The notes under the pieces: generated by a model
Database searches by the model: none
Told to the model about the DNA's origin: nothing
What the model saw: the letters and a program-made list of their open reading frames with translations, nothing else
Source of the DNA: Candidatus Parcubacteria bacterium
Lineage (GTDB): Bacteria; Patescibacteriota; Minisyncoccia; Phycocordibacterales; UBA918
Direction of reading: 5' to 3'
DNA length: 45,210 nt
Assembly: GCA_009995385.1 (NCBI GenBank)
Contig: JAACPT010000004.1
Coordinates: 1-45,210 of the forward strand
In this document: positions 39,607-45,210 of the stretch, one piece after another
How positions within the stretch are numbered: position 1 is the first letter of the stretch
Layout of the letters: each line of letters opens with the position of its first letter
Position numbers and translations under genes: made by a program

Positions 39607-40224
39607 ATGAATACCCTCGATAAACTCATCCAACTTTTTGAACAGTTTCCTGGTGTTGGAGCGCGACAAGCCAAGCGCTTTGCGTTTCATATTCTTACCA
39701 TGAATAATGACGATTCAACTGAATTATCGCAACTCATTGCCAACCTAAAAGGGAGCGTCGTTGAATGTGGTAGTTGTCATCGTTTTTATGCAACAAAATC
39801 AGGTAATACTTGTTCTATCTGTGCCTCACCCAACCGAGATCACGAGCGAATTTTGATTGTCGAACGTGACTCAGATGTGCAAGCAATTGAGCGGGCTGGC
39901 GTATACGACGGTTTATACTTTGTACTTGGTGGCACGGTACCACTTTTGAATACCATCGATAACAACCGTCTTCGAGCAGGAGCACTCAAGGCTACTATTG
40001 AAACTCGAATTCCCCTTGGGTTGAGTGAGATAATATTCGGGTTTTCTGTCAACCCCGATGGCGAAAATACTGCCCGTTTTGTCGAGTCAATTATAAAACC
40101 ACTGATAGCCGAAACTTCAGTGCAATTATCATATCTTGGTCGCGGTCTCTCTACTGGTAGTGAACTTGAATACGCCGATCCCGAAACCATTAAAAACGCT
40201 CTAAAAAATAGACACCAACAGTAA
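39607..40224 (+). CDS. recR: Recombination mediator RecR
   Basis: HhH PGVG.RQAKR, C4 zinc finger, Toprim (YFVLGG, NPDGENTA), GSELEYAD. Confidence 0.96.
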   Translation: MNTLDKLIQLFEQFPGVGARQAKRFAFHILTMNNDDSTELSQLIANLKGSVVECGSCHRFYATKSGNTCSICASPNRDHERILIVERDSDVQAIERAGVYDGLYFVLGGTVPLLNTIDNNRLRAGALKATIETRIPLGLSEIIFGFSVNPDGENTARFVESIIKPLIAETSVQLSYLGRGLSTGSELEYADPETIKNALKNRHQQ

Positions 40225-40249
40225 GGACGTTCCATTGAAAACTTCTGTA

Positions 40250-40274
40250 AAAAAACTCCCATCGGGAGTTTTTT
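40250..40274. terminator. Bidirectional terminator between recR and rplU
   Basis: AAAAAACTCCC-atc-GGGAGTTTTTT. Confidence 0.8.
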
Positions 40275-40276
40275 GA

Positions 40277-40609
40277 CTAGATTGTATCGATTCGCACTTC
40301 AGCGTAGTGCTGACGGTGTCCGAGTCTTCGGTCGCGGTTACTTTTTGCCTTAAAGCGAATGATGGTAAGTTTCTTACCTTTTTTCTCACCAAGGTAAGTA
40401 GCTTTTACTTTTGTTCCGGTAGTTGGTGTGCCAATCTTCGTAGTTGCTCCATCGTCAGTCATAAGGACAGTTTCAAACTCGATTGCATCTCCTTCTTTAT
40501 AATCACCAAGAAGCTCAACCAAAACGACGTCGCCTACTCGCACAACATATTGCTTCCCGCCGGTGGCGATAACTGCAAATGGTGCTGAGCTCTTTGTTTC
40601 TGTTGCCAT
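40277..40609 (-). CDS. rplU: 50S ribosomal protein L21
   Basis: FAVIATGGKQYVV, IGTP, GHRQ. Confidence 0.97.
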   Translation of the reverse strand: MATETKSSAPFAVIATGGKQYVVRVGDVVLVELLGDYKEGDAIEFETVLMTDDGATTKIGTPTTGTKVKATYLGEKKGKKLTIIRFKAKSNRDRRLGHRQHYAEVRIDTI

Positions 40610-40661
40610 ATGTGGGCGCTATTCTACAAGAAATAAGGATATTTTGCAATACTTGGCAAAT

Positions 40662-41741
40662 CTATCGTTCTTCTTCCGTGTGTGGCGTATCAAGAGTGAG
40701 CACATCAACCCCTCTCACCTCTCCGGTAATACGAGTAATATCTTTGTCTATCTTATTTAATTCCTTATAACCAGCGTTATAGTGATTGACGGTCGTCTCA
40801 AGGGTTTTACCAATTTTTTGGTAGTAAGACTCATATTGCATAAGATGCCCAGAGAGTTTTTCGACGTTTTTAATGATGTCTTGTGCCCGCTCTTCAATCT
40901 CAAGCGCTTTAAGACCTTGTAAGACAGTCTGTAGATATGCCAAAAATGAAGTTGGTGAGACAATGATTACTTTATGTTTACCCGCTGCTCTTTGTATGAG
41001 ATTGTCCTCCCCTGTTCCTACCTTATTCGAAAGTAAGTCATAATAAATACCTTCATGTGGAATAAACATAAAAGCAAAGTCAGTCGTTCGTTCAGAAGGT
41101 CTAATGTACTTTGCAGTCTCAGCGATTCGTAATTTTAAGTCATTGATAAATGTTTTTTCAAATTGCACCTTTTCCGCCCCTTCAATAGCTGTAGCAAAAC
41201 GGTTGTAATTTTCTAAAGAAAATTTTGAGTCAATCGGAATTACCTTCCCTTTTACGAACACCACCGCATCAACTATATCTCCATTTTGAAACGCATATTG
41301 CATCTTGAAACTTTCTGGTGGCAGTACATTTTGGAGTACCGTCTCTAGATAGTATTCTCCTAATATCCCTCGCTGTTTAGGATTTTTCAGAATATTTTGC
41401 AGTTCTTTGAGCTGATCTGCTACTTGAAATACTTGTTTAGAACTCTCCCCCACTTCCGTCACTCCTTTTACCACACTCCGTAACTGCTCATTGACGTCGC
41501 GATTTATTTCTTGAATCAGTTCTCGACTTTCTCTGAACTGGGCTCGACTACCTTCTTGCATCGTTCGATTAGACTCACTAAGGCGAGCATCAAGCGTGCG
41601 GGAAAGATTTTGTAGTTGCTGCTGTAAAAGCATGACCGATTGATCTTCTTTTTTGTCATTTTTCTGAGTAAAGAGCCTGTAGACTACAAACACATTTACC
41701 AGGAGTAACATAGCTATCAGTATAATGAGTGCGATTTCCAT
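40662..41741 (-). CDS. rmuC: DNA recombination protein RmuC
   Basis: N-terminal TM and coiled coil, KQRGILGE, IDSKFSL, DFAFMFIP.E, VSPTS; start taken at MEIAL (41741). Confidence 0.93.
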   Translation of the reverse strand: MEIALIILIAMLLLVNVFVVYRLFTQKNDKKEDQSVMLLQQQLQNLSRTLDARLSESNRTMQEGSRAQFRESRELIQEINRDVNEQLRSVVKGVTEVGESSKQVFQVADQLKELQNILKNPKQRGILGEYYLETVLQNVLPPESFKMQYAFQNGDIVDAVVFVKGKVIPIDSKFSLENYNRFATAIEGAEKVQFEKTFINDLKLRIAETAKYIRPSERTTDFAFMFIPHEGIYYDLLSNKVGTGEDNLIQRAAGKHKVIIVSPTSFLAYLQTVLQGLKALEIEERAQDIIKNVEKLSGHLMQYESYYQKIGKTLETTVNHYNAGYKELNKIDKDITRITGEVRGVDVLTLDTPHTEEER

Positions 41742-41790
41742 ATACAGTTCATCATACCATCTCCATGAATCCATGATAAAATGCTGACAT

Positions 41791-42249
41791 ATGACAATGC
41801 ATGAAGATATTAAAGCGTCACTAAAGGACGCGCTCAAAGCTAGAGAAGAAGTACGGTTGCGCACTATTCGCAGTATGCTCACTGCATTTACCAATGAACT
41901 GGTGGCCACCAGTCGTACCCCACAACAAATTCTAAAAGACGATGAGGTGGTAGCCGTTATCAAACGTCTTGCCAAACAACGAAGAGATTCAATTGAACAG
42001 TACGAAGCTGCTAAGCGCACCGAACTAGCGGAACCAGAAAAAGCTGAATTACTTATTCTCGAAGAGTATCTTCCAGTCCTGATGAGTCAAGACGAAATTC
42101 TCCCTATCGCGAAAGCTATAAAGGCTAAACTTGCTATTACTGACAAAAACAAACTCGGTATGCTGGTCGGAGCGGTGATGAAAGAACTAGCTGGAAAAGC
42201 TGACGGAACCGATGTGAAGGCAGTAGTTGAAAAGTTATTCACTGAGTAG
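41791..42249 (+). CDS. GatB/YqeY domain protein
   Basis: KQRRDSIEQYE, EKAEL.ILEEYLP, GKADG. Confidence 0.93.
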   Translation: MTMHEDIKASLKDALKAREEVRLRTIRSMLTAFTNELVATSRTPQQILKDDEVVAVIKRLAKQRRDSIEQYEAAKRTELAEPEKAELLILEEYLPVLMSQDEILPIAKAIKAKLAITDKNKLGMLVGAVMKELAGKADGTDVKAVVEKLFTE

Positions 42250-42307
42250 TTCTTACATTAATTGCTTTTTCGTATAAGTATGGTTTAATAAAATAGGTCA
42301 ATTCAAA

Positions 42308-42535
42308 ATGAAAGGACAGGAAATGCCAAAGTTTGTTCCACCTGAAGTTGAAGCAGCGAGACGTAGCGGCGACAAAAACGCCCTCAGTGCCATGGGTAAA
42401 GCTGGCGCAAGACAGCGAGCTATAAACGAAGACTTAGCAAAAACTCTTGCTGAAGAGCGCTGGAATGAGGAGTTAAAATGGTTTGAAGAAAACGCCAAGC
42501 GCACCCACATGGATACACACCCAATTGATGATTAG
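42308..42535 (+). CDS. Small hypothetical protein
   Basis: 75 aa hydrophilic ORF followed by a terminator; possible start at MPKF. Confidence 0.6.
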   Translation: MKGQEMPKFVPPEVEAARRSGDKNALSAMGKAGARQRAINEDLAKTLAEERWNEELKWFEENAKRTHMDTHPIDD

Positions 42536-42542
42536 CAGTCAT

Positions 42543-42580
42543 CAATAAAATCAGCACTCCATGGTGCTGATTTTTTATTG
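42543..42580. terminator. Bidirectional terminator
   Basis: CAATAAAATCAGCAC-tccatg-GTGCTGATTTTTTATTG. Confidence 0.8.
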
Positions 42581-42614
42581 TCTAAATTTTGTGCCACTTA
42601 CTGAAATACAATGA

Positions 42615-43565
42615 TTAAATAAAGTGCATCAATTTCACCAAAAAGAACGTAAAGAAAAGAAGCATTGCTATTCCCTCCCAGCGCTGTACCTGCCTTGCTA
42701 ATCCGATTACGAATAGTATTAATGATGCGGCGATGAACACCCACACACCAACCTCCATAACCACCGGGCCAGCAGTAAGTGGCATAATGAGTCCAGGCAT
42801 GCCGACTACCATCAAAATATTAAAGGCATTTGAACCAAAAATATTTCCAATTGCTAGTTCAGTTTCATTCAATTTCACTGCTCGAAGCGAAACAAATAAT
42901 TCCGGTAGTGATGTCCCAATTGCTATTGCTGTAATAGAAACCAAGCCTATTGGTACTGCCAGTGCCGTTGCGATATTGACTGCCATATCGACAGTAAACT
43001 TTGCACCAACCAGAAGAGCGAGAATACCAAATATAATCAGTACTATCATTTTGATAGTGACATTTCCCTTTTCTTTTTTCTCGGATGACTCACCAGCAAT
43101 TTCTTTTTCTGAAGTTAAGAGGTACCAGACGTACGCACAGAAAGTACCAAAAAGTAGCCAGGCTTCAATTCGATCGACAATACCATCATAGATGATAGCG
43201 GTGAAATGCACTGTCGCTATAAAGAAAATCGGCAACTCTGTTTTTAATAAATCTTTTTTTATTAACACTGGACCACCAACTAATGCCAGAATGCCGACAA
43301 TGAGCAAAATATTAGTGATATTTGAACCAACAGCGTTTGCAACTGCAATCTCTGGAGATCCGGCTATGACACCAGCCACTGAAGAAGCAAGTTCAGGAAG
43401 TGATGTACCAATACCGACAATGAGTACTCCGATAGCAAAAGAATTCATCCCTAATGCTGATCCAATCTGTTTTGCCCCTTCAACAAAAAGATCTGCTCCT
43501 CGGATGAGCACATAGAGTGCAACTATTAGTATCACTGACCACTGAATGATTTGGACCCAATCCAT
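42615..43565 (-). CDS. Na+/Ca2+ antiporter (CaCA, YrbG-like)
   Basis: Two GTSLPE repeats and two GSN..NIL repeats. Confidence 0.95.
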   Translation of the reverse strand: MDWVQIIQWSVILIVALYVLIRGADLFVEGAKQIGSALGMNSFAIGVLIVGIGTSLPELASSVAGVIAGSPEIAVANAVGSNITNILLIVGILALVGGPVLIKKDLLKTELPIFFIATVHFTAIIYDGIVDRIEAWLLFGTFCAYVWYLLTSEKEIAGESSEKKEKGNVTIKMIVLIIFGILALLVGAKFTVDMAVNIATALAVPIGLVSITAIAIGTSLPELFVSLRAVKLNETELAIGNIFGSNAFNILMVVGMPGLIMPLTAGPVVMEVGVWVFIAASLILFVIGLARQVQRWEGIAMLLFFTFFLVKLMHFI

Positions 43566-43575
43566 ACTGAAAATA

Positions 43576-44811
43576 TTAAATAACTAAAAGTGACGGATTG
43601 ATAACGAGGATTGTGCCCAAAATCAACATCAGTAGCCCACCGATAAGCAGTGAGAGTTGCGCATATTTTGCTCCATGCGACTGCAACTTTCCGTACCCCC
43701 AAATAGCCAAAGCAAAGACAATCAAGTCGTCAATCATGTACCCAATGGTATAAATCAAGATGTACCATTGTCGTTCGATGAATGAGAGCATATTTAACTC
43801 AAGAATCTTGGTGTACGCCTGCGCAATACCAATTGAACAAGCAAACTCAATGATGTTGACCGAAAAAGCAATGACTAAAATCGCAAAGATTGAAGCGATA
43901 GTAATGGGCTGTTGTACAATAGCTTTGAACTTGTTAATAGTCTTTGACTGCGATTCGATGTCCGTGATGTCACAAACCAACTGTGCATCTTTATTCTTTT
44001 GCCAGCGAGACAAGAAGAAAATACCTCCGCCAAGAGCCAGAAAACCTACAAACGGAGTTACATACTGATCAAGAGCAATGAAGTCCCATGTCTTGTACCA
44101 AACGTTAAGAATAAGATTATACATGATAGCTTCAGCAAAAACGAAGATGCCAGCTAAAAGCAGCATTTTCTTTCTACTGCCAGCTTGCGAGAGGATGACC
44201 AAAAACGTAATCAACACCCACATCGCACAGGGATTGAAACCATCAATTGCTCCTAGAATTGCAGAAAGTGAAAAAAGTGAAAAAGAACGTAAGTCAACAA
44301 TACCAATCAGCGGGAGATCGAATACAAAGCTCGACCCTTCTTCCAAACTACATTCAAATTCAGTACAAACTCCATCTGCCGTTACAACTTGCTTTGGAGC
44401 GCGCGACAAATGATTTTCGATCGAACGAATGTCACTTTCACGTGCCGCGACAATTGCTTTTTTAATATTTTCCCCAGTTGTTTCTGGTGCATTGTACCCA
44501 ACAATTACTTGCTCCCCGATTATGGTAATTGGGGTCACTTTCGATAGTTCATGTTTTTCCGCAATTTGGTTGTACCAAATACGAGCCTGATCATCTTCAA
44601 GAATATTTAAATATTCATATTTTATGCCTTCTACATCCACCCAAGCAAAAAGTTTTTTACAAAACCCACAATCATCACGACCAAAAATAAAGACCGTCGG
44701 CGTATCAGTAATAATAACTGACTCAGTTGTTGTTTCCGCCAAAGTAGAGTTAGCAATAAAAAATGGGATGAATAGTATTCCCAAAAATATGGTCACGATG
44801 ATTCTTGTCAT
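43576..44811 (-). CDS. Glutaredoxin-like domain fused to a DsbD/CcdA-like membrane domain
   Basis: Signal/TM, CGFC, then about 6 TM with DGFNPCAMW and EFACSIG. Confidence 0.8.
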   Translation of the reverse strand: MTRIIVTIFLGILFIPFFIANSTLAETTTESVIITDTPTVFIFGRDDCGFCKKLFAWVDVEGIKYEYLNILEDDQARIWYNQIAEKHELSKVTPITIIGEQVIVGYNAPETTGENIKKAIVAARESDIRSIENHLSRAPKQVVTADGVCTEFECSLEEGSSFVFDLPLIGIVDLRSFSLFSLSAILGAIDGFNPCAMWVLITFLVILSQAGSRKKMLLLAGIFVFAEAIMYNLILNVWYKTWDFIALDQYVTPFVGFLALGGGIFFLSRWQKNKDAQLVCDITDIESQSKTINKFKAIVQQPITIASIFAILVIAFSVNIIEFACSIGIAQAYTKILELNMLSFIERQWYILIYTIGYMIDDLIVFALAIWGYGKLQSHGAKYAQLSLLIGGLLMLILGTILVINPSLLVI

Positions 44812-44836
44812 GGCGTCTATGGTACCACACCAAACG

Positions 44837-45210
44837 TCAGGTGGTATATTCCTGATATTGCTGTTGCACCCTTTGCAATACAGGCACCGAATGACCTAGC
44901 GCGTCAATAGTTCGCAATTCAGCCACCCGAACTTGGTAGTCTGGAATCTGTTCTGCTACTAAATCCCAAAAATGTTGACCATGGTTTAATTCGACGAGAT
45001 GACAAAGCTCATGGACGATAATGTAATCTTGCAAATGCGGCGGCAAGTAGAGTAACTTATAATTAAAATTAAGATTTTTAAGCGAGGTGCAACTTCCCCA
45101 ACGGCGCCGCTGATTACGAATCGCAACTCGATTCCAAGAGAGAGCGTAATGCTGGTTGTAATGGTTAAGGCGAGCAAGGACCAAGGCGCGTGCTTCCTCT
45201 TTATGCATTT
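44837..45210 (-). CDS. YgjP/DUF45 (M48-like) zinc metalloprotease, 5' truncated by the window
   Basis: IRNQRRRWGSC, YIIVHELCHL...NH...FW. Confidence 0.9.
   Translation of the reverse strand, partial: MHKEEARALVLARLNHYNQHYALSWNRVAIRNQRRRWGSCTSLKNLNFNYKLLYLPPHLQDYIIVHELCHLVELNHGQHFWDLVAEQIPDYQVRVAELRTIDALGHSVPVLQRVQQQYQEYTT

Noticed and set aside
41742-42020. N-terminal extension of rmuC given in the ORF track
   Set aside because: It overlaps yqeY in antisense. The TM-bearing start at 41741 has its own extended -10.
1-45210. Alternative genetic code (code 25 TGA=Gly, or TAG/TAA recoding) to explain the internal stops
   Set aside because: TGA ends yigZ, trpS, mraY, cysS and dnaB; TAG ends rpsI, murI, pgi and rplU; TAA ends many genes. 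All fall at the expected C-termini, so code 11 applies.

Overview
Gene-dense bacterial chromosome segment read with genetic code 11. The compact core genes, scarce Shine-Dalgarno motifs and gene repertoire suggest Patescibacteria/CPR, probably Parcubacteria (inference). The left half (1-25135) is all + strand: end of the alpha operon (rpoA-rplQ-rplM-rpsI), grpE-dnaK-dnaJ, yigZ, an accessory block, trpS, pepA, scpA/scpB, a cell-wall cluster (DD-carboxypeptidase, mraY, ftsW, murG), gltX and an M23 peptidase. The right half is mostly - strand housekeeping and salvage genes: murI, EVE, lytic transglycosylase, SPFH, ROK, NUDIX, pgi, LOG, exonuclease, cyclophilin, rplI, S41, rplU, rmuC, a CaCA antiporter and a Grx-membrane fusion. 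It also carries rpmA, cysS, dnaB, recR and yqeY on +. The best novelty candidate is a tight operon at 6.9-11.6 kb encoding an EamA exporter, a PurD-like ATP-grasp ligase (split by one in-frame TAA), an amidinotransferase and an arginine decarboxylase-like enzyme. It looks like a small guanidino/polyamine-amide biosynthesis and export system, and a Cys-rich protein plus an orphan sensor kinase follow it. Also notable: a ~0.9 kb region with no recognisable gene at the strand convergence (three DnaA boxes, a short structured RNA candidate, a dif-like 11-6-11 site with an inverted partner); a structured, possibly pseudoknotted leader before the lytic transglycosylase; a hidden double-amber membrane pseudogene; and pervasive extended -10 promoters 6-9 nt before start codons. 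No rRNA, tRNA, CRISPR array or transposase was seen.
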